This document shows, in pieces, positions 1-9,124 of a DNA stretch of 61,212 nucleotides (its first letter is position 1; each line of letters begins with the position of its first letter). The stretch covers positions 1 to 61,212 of the forward strand of contig CAZYLV010000006.1 in NCBI GenBank assembly GCA_964648865.1, given 5' to 3'. Both the position numbers and the translations under genes were made by a program. The stretch is from an uncultured Gammaproteobacteria bacterium. Lineage in GTDB: Bacteria > Patescibacteriota > Patescibacteriia > 2-12-FULL-57-11. The notes under the pieces were generated by a model that worked only from the letters and a program-made list of their open reading frames with translations, did no database searches and had not been told where the DNA came from.

Positions 1-622
1 CGACGTTGTCCGCGATGACCGCGGGGTTGCGCGGGTCGTCCTCGGGGATGCCCTTCTCGACCTTGCCGACCATGTCGGCGCCGACGTCCGCGGCCTTGGT
101 GAAGATGCCGCCGCCCAGCCGGGCGAAGACCGAGATGAGCGAGGCGCCGAAGGCCAGGCCCACCAGCGCCGGCAGGTTCTTGGTCGCCGCATAGAAGCCG
201 GCGACGCCCATGAGCCCGAGGCCCACGACCATGAGTCCGGTCACCGCGCCGCCTTTGACGGCCACGCCGAGCGCCGCGTCCATGCCCTTCTTGGCGGCCT
301 CTGCGGTGCGCACGTTGGCGCGCACGGCCACGTGCATGCCGATGTAGCCGGCCAGCGCCGAGAGCACCGCGCCGACCGCGAAGCCCGCGGCGATCTTCCA
401 GTCGAGCAGGAAGCCGATGACCGCGAACAGCACGATGCCGATCCAGAAGACCGTCTTGTACTGGCGGTTGAGGTAGGCCATGGCACCTTCCTGGATGGCC
501 TTGGCGATGCCGATCATCTTGCCCTCGCCGGCAGGCAGGGCGATGATGGAGCGGGTGAGGTAGAGGCCGTAGGCGATGGCCAGCACCGCTGAGACGAGCG
601 CGAAGACGAGCGATTGGTTCAT
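1..622 (-). CDS. hppA: Membrane-bound Na+/H+-translocating pyrophosphatase, N-terminal part (runs off window start)
   Basis: Manual translation from ATG 622: [10 protein letters not shown]...[14 protein letters not shown]...[38 protein letters not shown], which contains the M-PPase signature motifs. Not in the ORF track because it is truncated. Confidence 0.95.
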   Translation of the reverse strand, partial: MNQSLVFALVSAVLAIAYGLYLTRSIIALPAGEGKMIGIAKAIQEGAMAYLNRQYKTVFWIGIVLFAVIGFLLDWKIAAGFAVGAVLSALAGYIGMHVAVRANVRTAEAAKKGMDAALGVAVKGGAVTGLMVVGLGLMGVAGFYAATKNLPALVGLAFGASLISVFARLGGGIFTKAADVGADMVGKVEKGIPEDDPRNPAVIADNV

Positions 623-667
623 ACTGCGGCGTAAGAAAAAGCCCGGAATAGGGGCAGAACGCCATCC

Positions 668-697
668 ATCATAGGAAGCGGCGCCCCCAGGTGTCAA
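668..697 (-). promoter_or_regulatory. sigma70-type promoter of hppA
   Basis: On the minus strand, TTGACA (692-697), 18-nt spacer, TATGAT (668-673). Confidence 0.55.
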
Positions 698-711
698 ACG
701 TCTTCCCCAGC

Positions 712-1326
712 ATGTCCACACCCGGTTTCCACAGGGAACGCGACTGGTACGCCCGCGGTGCGCGCCTCGTCCTCGGCGCGGACGAAGCCGGCGCCGGCGC
801 GTGGGCGGGCCCCATCGTGGCCGCGGCCGCGTCCGTGCCGCTCACCTCCCGTCTCGGGGGCATCGACGATTCCAAGCGCATCGGCGCGGCTGCCCGCGAG
901 CGGTTGCTGGCGTCGTTCCCGACGCGGGGCGTGCGCTTCGCCACCGGGGAGGCCACGGTGGAGGAGATCGAGGCGCTGGGGCTGCGGCAGGCCAATCTCT
1001 TGGCGCTCAAGAGGGCGGTCGAGGCCTTCGGCGAACGGCCGGACGTGGTGCTCGTGGATTACTACCGCATCCCGGGCCTCGCCTGCCCGCAGGAGCCGAC
1101 GGTCCATGGCGACCGTCTGGTGAAGTCCATCGCCGCGGCCTCGATCGTCGCCAAGGTCACGAGGGATCGCCTGCTCGCAGCGGCGGACGCCACGTATCCC
1201 GGCTACGGTTTGGCGGTACATAAGGGGTATGGGACGCCGGAACACGCGGCGGCGCTTCGTCGCCTCGGTCCGTCGCCGATCCACCGCCTCCGTTTCGCCC
1301 CGGTGGCCGCGACCCTCGCCGGTTGA
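712..1326 (+). CDS. rnhB: Ribonuclease HII
   Basis: [34 protein letters not shown] and HKGYGTPEH motifs. ATG 712 is preferred over GTG 691, which overlaps the hppA -35. Confidence 0.93.
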   Translation: MSTPGFHRERDWYARGARLVLGADEAGAGAWAGPIVAAAASVPLTSRLGGIDDSKRIGAAARERLLASFPTRGVRFATGEATVEEIEALGLRQANLLALKRAVEAFGERPDVVLVDYYRIPGLACPQEPTVHGDRLVKSIAAASIVAKVTRDRLLAAADATYPGYGLAVHKGYGTPEHAAALRRLGPSPIHRLRFAPVAATLAG

Positions 1327-1332
1327 CCCTCC

Positions 1333-2760
1333 GTGGACGGCTTGTTATGGTTGAGCGGCTGCCTCGAGAATAATGATTCCTTTTTGGCCCTGTTAAGCCA
1401 ATCTGTGAAGAATCGACTCGCGCAAATCGCCCTCGCTTTCGCTCTCCGGGTCCTGACGGCACTGACCGCCCCCGAGGGTCCGCTGCCCAAGACGCTGCGG
1501 TTCCTGGCCGCACCGCTGCGCGGGCTCGGGCGCGTCCTGTTCAAGTACGGGTTCGTCCCGCTCTACGCCGTGGGCTACGCCCTCAAGCGTGCCGTCCGCC
1601 GTGTCGTCACCCCGGCCAAGAACCGCTTCATGTTCCTGATGGCCAACCGCTATCTGGCGCATGGGCTGATCATCGCCATCGCCCTGGTCACCTCAGCGGT
1701 CTCGTTGCGGGCCCGTGAGGTGCGCGCCGAGAATCTCGGGGAACAGAGCCTGCTGTTCCGGCTGGTGCGCGGCGAGGACTATGGGCTGACCGAGGAAGTC
1801 GCGGTGGGCGCCGTGACGCGTCCGATCTCCTACTTCGAGCCGCTGGCCGTGGAAGCCGGTCTCGACCTCGACGACATCGGGCCGGAAGATGCCGACCTGC
1901 TGACGGCCGGCGGCGGTCTCGCCGTGGTCCAGCCGACCCTGACCGACACCGACGTCACGCCGATCGGCACCCGCACGAAGACCGAGTCTTATGTCGTGGC
2001 CGAGGGCGATACGCTCTCCGGCATCGCCAAGCGTTTCGGCGTCTCCATCAACACCATCCTCTGGGAGAACGGCCTCTCCCCGCGCGACCTCATCCGCCCC
2101 GGACAGTCGCTGCGCATCCTGCCGGTCTCCGGCCTGGCGCACACCGTGAAGAGCGGCGACACGCTCCAGCGCATCGCCGCGCGCTACGCCGTCCCGGCCG
2201 ACGACATCGTCTCCGCCAACCAGCTGGCTTCGGCCGACGACCTGCGCATCGGGGAGAAGCTCATCGTCCCGGGCGGCGCGCCGCCGACGCCGGTCGCGCC
2301 CGCCGCGCCGCCGCGCCAGGTGGCGTCCGTCCGGCAGATCCTCACCGTGGACCGCTCCACGGCCGCTCCCGCCCCGAGCGCCGCGCAAGGCACCGCCCGC
2401 ATGGTCTGGCCCACGGCCTGGCGGATCATCACCCAATACTACGGCTGGCGGCACACCGGCATCGACATCGACGGCGACTACACCACGCCCATCTACGCGG
2501 CGGACGGCGGCATCGTCACGCACGCCGGCTGGGGCCGCACCACCGGCGGCTACGGCATCTACGTCGACATCGACCACGGCGGCGGCATCAAGACCCGCTA
2601 CGGCCACGCCTCCAAGCTCTTCGTCAACGTCGGCGACCAGGTGACCAAGGGGCAGAGCATCGCCATGGTCGGGACGACCGGCCGTTCCACCGGCACGCAC
2701 CTCCACTTCGAGGTCATCGTCAACGGCAAGTTCACCAACCCGCTGCAGTGGATCCGTTGA
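1333..2760 (+). CDS. LysM-domain M23 family peptidoglycan endopeptidase
   Basis: Two LysM repeats (YVVAEGDTLSGIA, HTVKSGDTLQRIA), plus HTGIDID and HLHFEV M23 motifs and an N-terminal TM. The true start may be GTG 1405. Confidence 0.92.
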   Translation: MDGLLWLSGCLENNDSFLALLSQSVKNRLAQIALAFALRVLTALTAPEGPLPKTLRFLAAPLRGLGRVLFKYGFVPLYAVGYALKRAVRRVVTPAKNRFMFLMANRYLAHGLIIAIALVTSAVSLRAREVRAENLGEQSLLFRLVRGEDYGLTEEVAVGAVTRPISYFEPLAVEAGLDLDDIGPEDADLLTAGGGLAVVQPTLTDTDVTPIGTRTKTESYVVAEGDTLSGIAKRFGVSINTILWENGLSPRDLIRPGQSLRILPVSGLAHTVKSGDTLQRIAARYAVPADDIVSANQLASADDLRIGEKLIVPGGAPPTPVAPAAPPRQVASVRQILTVDRSTAAPAPSAAQGTARMVWPTAWRIITQYYGWRHTGIDIDGDYTTPIYAADGGIVTHAGWGRTTGGYGIYVDIDHGGGIKTRYGHASKLFVNVGDQVTKGQSIAMVGTTGRSTGTHLHFEVIVNGKFTNPLQWIR

Positions 2761-2801
2761 TGTAAGCGTTTCTTGCGGCGCGCGTAGGCACTTCAAGTAA
2801 C

Positions 2802-3161
2802 ATGCCCCATATGAACCAGCGCAACCGCACCATCGCCATCGTCGTGCTGCTCCTGCTCCTCGTCGGCATCGTCGGCTGGGTCGCCTACACCAGCGGCAAG
2901 TCGGCGGGCACTGCCGGCACGAAGACGGACGAGACCACGGAGGTGATGGAAGGCGGCACCGACGCGCCGACCGACGTCAACGCCGCGCCCGCAGCGGGCA
3001 CCGACACCGGCGCATCGGCCGGGACGACGTCCGGCGGCGCGACGGGCGGTTCGGCCTCCGGCGCGGCGTCGGCCAAGCTCAAGCCGAGCACCGGATCCGG
3101 AGCGCTGCCGGCCAAGACCGGCGGTGACGTCACCGGCGACCTCGGCCAGCCGATGTTCTGA
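2802..3161 (+). CDS. Hypothetical membrane-anchored low-complexity protein
   Basis: N-terminal hydrophobic helix followed by a G/A/T-rich tail; followed by a terminator. Confidence 0.7.
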   Translation: MPHMNQRNRTIAIVVLLLLLVGIVGWVAYTSGKSAGTAGTKTDETTEVMEGGTDAPTDVNAAPAAGTDTGASAGTTSGGATGGSASGAASAKLKPSTGSGALPAKTGGDVTGDLGQPMF

Positions 3162-3212
3162 AAGAAAAAAGACCGCCGTGCGGTCTGAGGCCGACCCTTC
3201 GGGGTCGGTCTT
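3162..3212. terminator. Back-to-back hairpins between convergent genes
   Basis: GACCGC-cgt-GCGGTC (3171-3186) preceded by an A-tract, and CCGACCC-ttcg-GGGTCGG (3191-3208). Confidence 0.6.
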
Positions 3213-3214
3213 GG

Positions 3215-3850
3215 TCATCCGGGCGGAGCCAGGCCCGGCAACCAGAGCGTCGCCGAGGGCGTCCGCGGTCGGCGGGCGCGCGCGGAGGGGCGCGCGGGCC
3301 GAGGAAGCGGCGTGCGGATGCGCGTGGTGGGCTGCTCCTCGAGGAACGGCTCCGGGGGCGGTGCGGGGTCTGTCGGCGCCAGCGGGTCCACCGGGACAGG
3401 CAGCTCCTGCTGGGCCGGCGGCGTGGGCTCCGAGACCTGGGCCGGTCGCGTCGCGGGCAGGTCCGGGAAGACCGTCGCGTCGAGCTCCTTGCTGCGGGTC
3501 TGCTCGAGCCAGGTCTCGTACTCCAGCGCCAGGTAGCGGCCGGTCGGCCAATCCTCCATGCCGCGGAGCTTCCGCAGGCAGAAGCCCAGCGCCGCCGCGG
3601 CGCTGTGGCCCCAGTACGAGCGGCCGATGCCCTGGTCGCCGTCGCGCGGATGGCCCCGGTCGAACGGCCGGAAGAGGCTGGCCTTGAAGAGCAGATGCCC
3701 CTCGTGGACCGGTCTCGAGCCGCCGTGGGCCAGGATCATCTTGTCGCGCAGCAGCCACAGGTCGACGATGCGGAACGGCTTGCGTCCCGGATCGTCGGGA
3801 TGCGGTTCGAAGGGTCGCCCCTTCGCCGCCTTCTTCTTGGTTCGTGCCAA
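3215..3850 (-). CDS. Hypothetical protein with Pro-rich C-terminus
   Basis: 211-aa ORF filling the gap between convergent/divergent neighbours; no recognisable motif. Confidence 0.55.
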   Translation of the reverse strand: MARTKKKAAKGRPFEPHPDDPGRKPFRIVDLWLLRDKMILAHGGSRPVHEGHLLFKASLFRPFDRGHPRDGDQGIGRSYWGHSAAAALGFCLRKLRGMEDWPTGRYLALEYETWLEQTRSKELDATVFPDLPATRPAQVSEPTPPAQQELPVPVDPLAPTDPAPPPEPFLEEQPTTRIRTPLPRPARPSARARRPRTPSATLWLPGLAPPG

Positions 3851-3954
3851 GGAACGACCTCCTTCCCTCCGAACGTGCCCAAAAACTGGGGAATCGTCAA
3901 GGGGGCGTTGCCTTTTTCCTGCCGCGATGTATGCTCCGGCCGAGGAGGGACGTG

Positions 3955-4518
3955 ATGGCTTCCATCGATCGGTTCTTGCGGCCGCTCACGGCGCGGCTGC
4001 CCTCCTGGGTGACGCCAAACAGGATCACCGTCCTGCGCGGCACCCTGGTCCTGCCCATCCTGGCGCTCCAGGCGGAACATCCGCTCGTGGCGGGCTGGGG
4101 GATCTACCTGCCGGCGATGCTGCTCGATGCCCTCGACGGGCCGCTCGCGCGCCATCGCGGCATCACGAGCGAGACCGGCGCCATGCTCGACGCCACGGTC
4201 GACAAGCTCTTCCTGCACGGCATCGTCTGGCTCGCGCTCCTCCCGCTCGTCGGGGTGCGGGTCGCCGTGCTGTTGCTGGGGCTCGACATCGCCCTGACCG
4301 CGGTCCGCCCGCTCAAGCGGCGCTTCGGCAGGACGGCCCGCGCAAACGGCTTCGGCAAGCTGAAGACGGTCGTCATGGCGTTCGGGGCCGGCTTCGTCCT
4401 CACCCGCACGCCGGACCTCGTCTCCGTAGGGTTGCCGTTGCTGGACATCGCCGCGGCGCTCGCCGGGGCGTCCCTGGCGCTGCACATCATCGATCTCTTC
4501 CGGACGGACGCGTCCTGA
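3955..4518 (+). CDS. CDP-alcohol phosphatidyltransferase family protein (PgsA-like)
   Basis: TPNRIT..R and DALDGPLAR...GAMLDATVDK signature. Start set at ATG 3955. Confidence 0.9.
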   Translation: MASIDRFLRPLTARLPSWVTPNRITVLRGTLVLPILALQAEHPLVAGWGIYLPAMLLDALDGPLARHRGITSETGAMLDATVDKLFLHGIVWLALLPLVGVRVAVLLLGLDIALTAVRPLKRRFGRTARANGFGKLKTVVMAFGAGFVLTRTPDLVSVGLPLLDIAAALAGASLALHIIDLFRTDAS

Positions 4519-4530
4519 AGGGGTCGTTTT

Positions 4531-4932
4531 TCATTTCGAGAAGTACTGCCCGAGCACCGCGTCGCGCGTCATGAGCGCGACGTTCGCCTTGTAGCGCATC
4601 CAGAAGCGCGGATGATGCACCATCCAGACGAGCCGGAACCACTGGCGCACGCGCCGTGGCGGTTCCTGGTGATGGGCGAACTCATGGGCGATGACGCGCA
4701 GGATGGCGTCGGTGCGTCGGGGCTTCATGGTCCGCGGCGTGTACAGGTCCACGGTCATGCTCTTCTCGCCGGGCGTGGTGTAGCCGAGCCGCAGGTAGTG
4801 GAACGTGCCGCGGCCGCGCGAGCGGCGACGCAAGGGCTTCAATTCGAAGCCGGAAAAGCCGAACAACGCTTCGGCGCGGCGGAAGAGGTGTTCGACGAGC
4901 GCCTCGTGGCGCGGATCCAGGAGGTCGGCCAT
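4531..4932 (-). CDS. Small HExxH zinc-metallopeptidase-like protein (SprT/WLM/YgjP-like)
   Basis: IAHEFAHH plus downstream HHPRFW. Start at ATG 4932, 6 nt after TACAAT. Confidence 0.65.
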   Translation of the reverse strand: MADLLDPRHEALVEHLFRRAEALFGFSGFELKPLRRRSRGRGTFHYLRLGYTTPGEKSMTVDLYTPRTMKPRRTDAILRVIAHEFAHHQEPPRRVRQWFRLVWMVHHPRFWMRYKANVALMTRDAVLGQYFSK

Positions 4933-5009
4933 GCCGGCATTGTAGCGTTGACGTCGTGCATCGCGCGAGCTAGGGTCCACCAAGCGTTACGGCAACTGAG
5001 GAGGACGCG

Positions 5010-5252
5010 ATGACGGAGAAAGAAGACGAGCGGGTCACGGTCACGGCGTCGCGGGAGGTGCTCCGGCGCGACCCGCCCATCCACGGGTTCGTGCTGACCA
5101 TCGAGCACGGCGAGGGCCTCTGGGAGGACGGCTACGGCTCCGAGGCCGAGGCGGCCGCCTGGCTGCGCGGCGCCGAGGCCATGGCCCGCGTGCTCGGACG
5201 GTACGGCATCCGCATCCCGGCGGTGCCGGGCCGTAACGAGGCCAAGGGTTAG
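5010..5252 (+). CDS. Hypothetical protein (80 aa)
   Basis: GAGGAGG SD-like sequence upstream, typical codon usage, and a terminator-like hairpin downstream. Confidence 0.6.
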   Translation: MTEKEDERVTVTASREVLRRDPPIHGFVLTIEHGEGLWEDGYGSEAEAAAWLRGAEAMARVLGRYGIRIPAVPGRNEAKG

Positions 5253-5314
5253 GGCGCGATCATGCGCCCTCTTTTTATAAAAAAGCCGCCCGATGGGCGG
5301 AGGGCGCGCGCGAG

Positions 5315-5716
5315 TCAGGTGTAGAACACGGCGTTCGCCCCGAGACACCCCGGGAAGTCGAAGCGGCCCTCCGTCCCGCAGTGTGGGCAGGCGATGGTCC
5401 GGCTTTGCGTCGACCTGACCAGGGTCCGGACCTCCGCTTCGGTCAGGCCGTGATCGAAGTAGTGCCGACATCCCCTGCAGAGGAGCATCCTCGGGATGCT
5501 GATTTCGGCGGCATGGTTCACCTCGAAGCGGATCTCCGCGCCACAAGCGCTACAGGGAAGCGAGAGCTCGGCCCAATTCGCGAACATGCCGAAGCCTAGG
5601 TATCCCAAGAATCGGATGCACGGGACATCGCCATCGTGGACCGTATGCCGTGCCCTGCATGATGGGCACGTGAGGGTCGAGTCGGCGAAGTCCTTGTACG
5701 GTATGGGATTCTGCAA
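5315..5716 (-). CDS. Hypothetical multi-zinc-ribbon protein (4 x CxxC)
   Basis: CPSC, CSAC, CRGC and CPHC motifs. TTG start with AGGAGAAAGGAG upstream and its own promoter. Confidence 0.7.
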   Translation of the reverse strand: MQNPIPYKDFADSTLTCPSCRARHTVHDGDVPCIRFLGYLGFGMFANWAELSLPCSACGAEIRFEVNHAAEISIPRMLLCRGCRHYFDHGLTEAEVRTLVRSTQSRTIACPHCGTEGRFDFPGCLGANAVFYT

Positions 5717-5740
5717 CGCCTGCTCCTTTCTCCTGGTTTG

Positions 5741-5768
5741 AGTATGGCAACTCTGCTGCGGGTGTCAA
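5741..5768 (-). promoter_or_regulatory. sigma70-type promoter of the zinc-ribbon gene
   Basis: TTGACA (5763-5768), 16 nt, then TG-n-CATACT (5741-5746). Confidence 0.55.
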
Positions 5769-5771
5769 GGA

Positions 5772-7286
5772 TCATTCCGACCGCAAGCGATACTGGAGCG
5801 CCTCGGCCACGTGGGCGGCGGCGATGCGTCCCTCGCCTGCGAGGTCGGCGATGGTCCGTGCCACCTTGAGGACCCTGCTCCAGGCGCGTGCCGAGAGCGT
5901 GAGCCGCTCCACCGCGGCCGAAAGCAGCGCCTTGCCCGGCGCGTCGAGGGCGCAGTGCTCGCGCAGCAGCCGCGTCGTCATCTCGGCGTTCACCGCGGCG
6001 CGCGTCCCGGCCAGCCGCCGCTCCTGGATGGCGCGGGCCGTCTCCACGCGCGTCCGGATGGCGGCCGTGGGCTCGGCGTCGCCCTCGGCGGCGAGCTTCT
6101 CCACCGGCATGCGCGGCACCTCGACGTGCAGGTCGATGCGGTCGAGGAGCGGTCCGCTGACCTTGCGGCGGTAGCGATCGACGCTCTGCGGAGGACAGTC
6201 GCAGCGGCCGGAGCTGTCCCCGGCGTAGCCGCAGGGGCAGGGGTTCCGGGCGGCGACGAGCGTGAAACGCGCCGGGAAGCGGACCGAGCCGGCGGCGCGG
6301 GCCACGGTCACGAAGCCGTCCTCGAGCGGCTGGCGCAGCGCCTCGAGCGCCGCGCGACCGAATTCCGGAAGCTCGTCGAGGAAGAGCACGCCGCGGTGCG
6401 CCAAGGAGACCTCGCCGGGCTTGGGGGCGGAGCCGCCGCCGATGAGCGCCACGCCGCTCGCCGAGTGGTGCGGGGCGCGGAAGGGCCGCTCGGCCAAGAG
6501 CGCGCGCTCGCCGAGCGCGCCAGCCACGCCGTGGATCTGGGTGACCTCGAGCGCCTCGGCCCGGCCGAGCGCCGGCAGGATGCCGGGCAGCGCGCGGGCC
6601 AGGAGCGTCTTGCCGGAGCCCGGCGGTCCGGCGAGGAGCACGTTGTGTCCGCCCGAGGCGGCGATCTCGAGCGCCCGCTTGGCGTGCTCCTGGCCGCGGA
6701 TGAGCGCGAAATCGTGCTCCGGCGCGCCGCGCATCTCCGGCGGAGGCGATGCCGCCGCCCGCGGCAGCGGGGTCTCGCCGGTGAGATGCGCGGCCAGCGC
6801 GCGCAGGTCCGGCACGCCGACGGCATCGACCCCGTCGACAAGCGCGGCCTGGACCGCGTCCGCGGGCGACAGGTAGATGGGACGGAAGCCCTCCGCCGCG
6901 GCCAAGCGCGCCACGGCCAGGGCGCCGGGCACCGGGCGCAGCGCGCCGTCGAGCGCCAGCTCACCGACGAACAGCGGCCGCTCGTCGCCGCGCACGGCCG
7001 AGAGCGCACCGGAGGCCTCGAGCAGGGCCACGGCGATCGGCAAGTCGAACCCTGAGCCCTCCTTGCGCAGGTCGGCCGGAGCCAGGTTCACCGTGAGGCG
7101 CGTCCGCGGGAAGCCCAACCCGCAATTGCGCAGCGCGGCCCGGACGCGCTCGCGGGCTTCCTGTACCGAGGCGTCAGGCAGGCCGACCACCGCGAAATGC
7201 GGCAAGCCTTGGCTGATGTCGGCTTCGACGGCGACCGGCAGGGCGTCGATGCCGACGAGCGTCGCGCTCCAGATGCGGGTGGACAT
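5772..7286 (-). CDS. comM: YifB/ComM Mg-chelatase-like AAA+ ATPase
   Basis: VGLPDASVQEARERVRAAL, GPPGSGKT, PFRAPHH, GVLFLDELPEF and NPCPCG motifs. Confidence 0.95.
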   Translation of the reverse strand: MSTRIWSATLVGIDALPVAVEADISQGLPHFAVVGLPDASVQEARERVRAALRNCGLGFPRTRLTVNLAPADLRKEGSGFDLPIAVALLEASGALSAVRGDERPLFVGELALDGALRPVPGALAVARLAAAEGFRPIYLSPADAVQAALVDGVDAVGVPDLRALAAHLTGETPLPRAAASPPPEMRGAPEHDFALIRGQEHAKRALEIAASGGHNVLLAGPPGSGKTLLARALPGILPALGRAEALEVTQIHGVAGALGERALLAERPFRAPHHSASGVALIGGGSAPKPGEVSLAHRGVLFLDELPEFGRAALEALRQPLEDGFVTVARAAGSVRFPARFTLVAARNPCPCGYAGDSSGRCDCPPQSVDRYRRKVSGPLLDRIDLHVEVPRMPVEKLAAEGDAEPTAAIRTRVETARAIQERRLAGTRAAVNAEMTTRLLREHCALDAPGKALLSAAVERLTLSARAWSRVLKVARTIADLAGEGRIAAAHVAEALQYRLRSE

Positions 7287-7378
7287 GGCTTGAGCGTACC
7301 GCAGCCACGGCCGGAGCGCCTTGTCAAGACCCGCGCGGGGAGATGTGATATACTATGGACGGTTCTCATTAATACAGT

Positions 7379-7495
7379 ATGGCCAACGCACGCAACGAAT
7401 TCACGAGTGGCGTCCTGGCCGCCATCCTCATCGTGGTGTCGGTGATCGCGGTGCTCGAGGCGATCGCCATCGGCATCCTCATCGGCCTGCGCTGA
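7379..7495 (+). CDS. Small single-TM membrane protein (38 aa)
   Basis: MANARNEFTSGVLAAILIVVSVIAVLEAIAIGILIGLR. Extended -10 TG-a-TATACT at 7346-7354 and a terminator right after. Below the ORF-track cutoff. Confidence 0.6.
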   Translation: MANARNEFTSGVLAAILIVVSVIAVLEAIAIGILIGLR

Positions 7496-7508
7496 GGCGC
7501 TCAGGAGG

Positions 7509-7545
7509 AAAAGCCGCTCCCGTCGCATGACGGGGCGGCTTTTTT
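7509..7545 (+). terminator. Intrinsic terminator
   Basis: AAGCCGC..CCGTC-gcat-GACGG..GCGGCTT followed by a T-run. Confidence 0.7.
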
Positions 7546-7600
7546 GATGGCCGCCCCTGCCGGGTGTTACACTCCGACCGTAACGCTTGAACCATCGGCT

Positions 7601-8359
7601 ATGCGGAACCTCGTGGAGAAGTCAGGCGCGTTGGCGCTCGCGCTCGTCCTGCTCGGTGCCGGTTGCGGCCCGGCGGCGGCCCCTGGCCCGACCGGCGGGA
7701 GCCCGGCGTCGGTCTCGTCCGGCGGCGGCAACGAGTGCGACCATCCGTACTTCCCGAGCGGCGAAGGCCACCTCATCACCTACCGTATCGCCGACGCCGC
7801 CAGCGGCGGTCCCTCGACCTACACCATGACGGTCACCGAACGGACGCGCGACGGCTTCACAGCGAGTTATGATTTCGAGGGCGACCTCACGGTCACCCAG
7901 CGCGTGCGCTGCGACGGCGGGGAGCTGCGCGCCGACGGCGTGCTCGACCTCTCCGCGGCGCTGGGCGGCGCCGAACTCACCTCTCGCGTCACCAAGGTGT
8001 CCGGCGTCTTCCTGCCGGAGACCTTGGCCGTCGGGACGCGTTGGGAATCGTCTTGGGAGAGCCAGGTCGAGTTCGGCGGGGCCATGGCCGGCGCGCTGCC
8101 GCCGGGCATGGATCGGCAGGTCACCGTCACGCTCACGGCCGTACGTGAGGTGGTCGCCGATGAGGAGGTGACCACGCCGGCCGGCAGCTTCCGGGCCGCC
8201 AAGGTCCGGGCGCTGCAGACCACCGGCGCGATGTCCTTGGGTCCGGTCTCGGTCCCGCCGCAGACGAGCGAGGTCTTTGAGTGGTGGGTGCGCGGCGTCG
8301 GTCTGGTGAAGACCTCCGGCGACTTCGGCAGCATCGAGGCCATCGAGGTCCGTCGCTGA
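7601..8359 (+). CDS. Hypothetical lipoprotein
   Basis: Signal peptide ending LVLLGAGC (lipobox), then a beta-rich body. Confidence 0.75.
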   Translation: MRNLVEKSGALALALVLLGAGCGPAAAPGPTGGSPASVSSGGGNECDHPYFPSGEGHLITYRIADAASGGPSTYTMTVTERTRDGFTASYDFEGDLTVTQRVRCDGGELRADGVLDLSAALGGAELTSRVTKVSGVFLPETLAVGTRWESSWESQVEFGGAMAGALPPGMDRQVTVTLTAVREVVADEEVTTPAGSFRAAKVRALQTTGAMSLGPVSVPPQTSEVFEWWVRGVGLVKTSGDFGSIEAIEVRR

Positions 8360-8373
8360 AACGCCTGGCACGG

Positions 8374-8401
8374 AAACGCCCCGTCATCCGACGGGGCGTT
8401 T
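8374..8401. terminator. Bidirectional terminator hairpin
   Basis: AAACGCCCCGTC-atcc-GACGGGGCGTTT between convergent genes. Confidence 0.7.
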
Positions 8402-8402
8402 C

Positions 8403-8963
8403 TCATTTTTGGCCGTTGCAGGTCTCAGGGCTCCACAGGCCTCTGTCGGCCTCCTGCGCCTGCCGCTGCGCCTCGCGGAACTCCTTCTGGTAGCGGTACG
8501 CCCGCTCGTATGTGTACTCGTAGGCGTAGCCTTCGGAGACCATCAGGAGGTTGGCGAAGCGGCCGTCGGCGAGGAAGACGAAGCGCAGCAGCCGTCCGTA
8601 GCGGTCGCGGTCGTCCTGGGAGGGGTCGGCTTCGAGACGCACCTCCTGGCCGGCCAGCAGCTCCTTGGCGTACGCCGAGGCCTCCTTGCCGAAGCATTGG
8701 ACCGGCCGGCGTGGATCCACGGTCTCCGGCGTGTTGATGCCGATGAGCCGCACGCGCGCCTCGCCGTCCGGCCCCACGACGTCGATCGTGTCGCCGTCGA
8801 CGACCTCCGTCACCCGCCAGCCCGAGGGCCGCGGCGCCTCAGTCGTCTGCGCGTCCGGCAGGATCTCCGGGAGGACGAGCGTCAACAGCAGGACGGCGAC
8901 GAGCGTCCCCAGCCCTTGGAGGGTGCGCAGCTTGCGGTACGGCCCCGCGTGATGTCCGGACAT
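8403..8963 (-). CDS. Thermonuclease (SNase-like) family protein
   Basis: VVDGDTI, VRLIGINTPET and DRYGRLLRFV motifs, with an N-terminal TM. Confidence 0.93.
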   Translation of the reverse strand: MSGHHAGPYRKLRTLQGLGTLVAVLLLTLVLPEILPDAQTTEAPRPSGWRVTEVVDGDTIDVVGPDGEARVRLIGINTPETVDPRRPVQCFGKEASAYAKELLAGQEVRLEADPSQDDRDRYGRLLRFVFLADGRFANLLMVSEGYAYEYTYERAYRYQKEFREAQRQAQEADRGLWSPETCNGQK

Positions 8964-9123
8964 GGCGACTCAGGATGTCTTTGAATCGTTCCTCACGCCT
9001 GCGCCGCTCGCGGCGCGGCCGATCCACCCAAAGATACACGACGAGGCGCAGCAGCGCGACGCCCGTCAAGACGAGCAGGACATGCCCGAGATCGGAGGCG
9101 ATCTCCGGGTCGTGGAGATCCAT
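8839..9123 (-). CDS. Possible small membrane protein (overlaps the nuclease start)
   Basis: Starts 2 nt after the livF stop and has a hydrophobic helix plus a basic patch. The 125-nt overlap with the nuclease makes it uncertain. Confidence 0.35.
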   Translation of the reverse strand: MDLHDPEIASDLGHVLLVLTGVALLRLVVYLWVDRPRRERRRREERFKDILSRHVRTSRGAVPQAAHPPRAGDARRRPAVDARPPGDPAGRADD

Positions 9124-9124
9124 A

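Noticed and set aside
712-745. DnaA-box-like ATGTCCACA / GTTTCCACA
   Set aside because: Two mismatches each and located inside the rnhB coding sequence.
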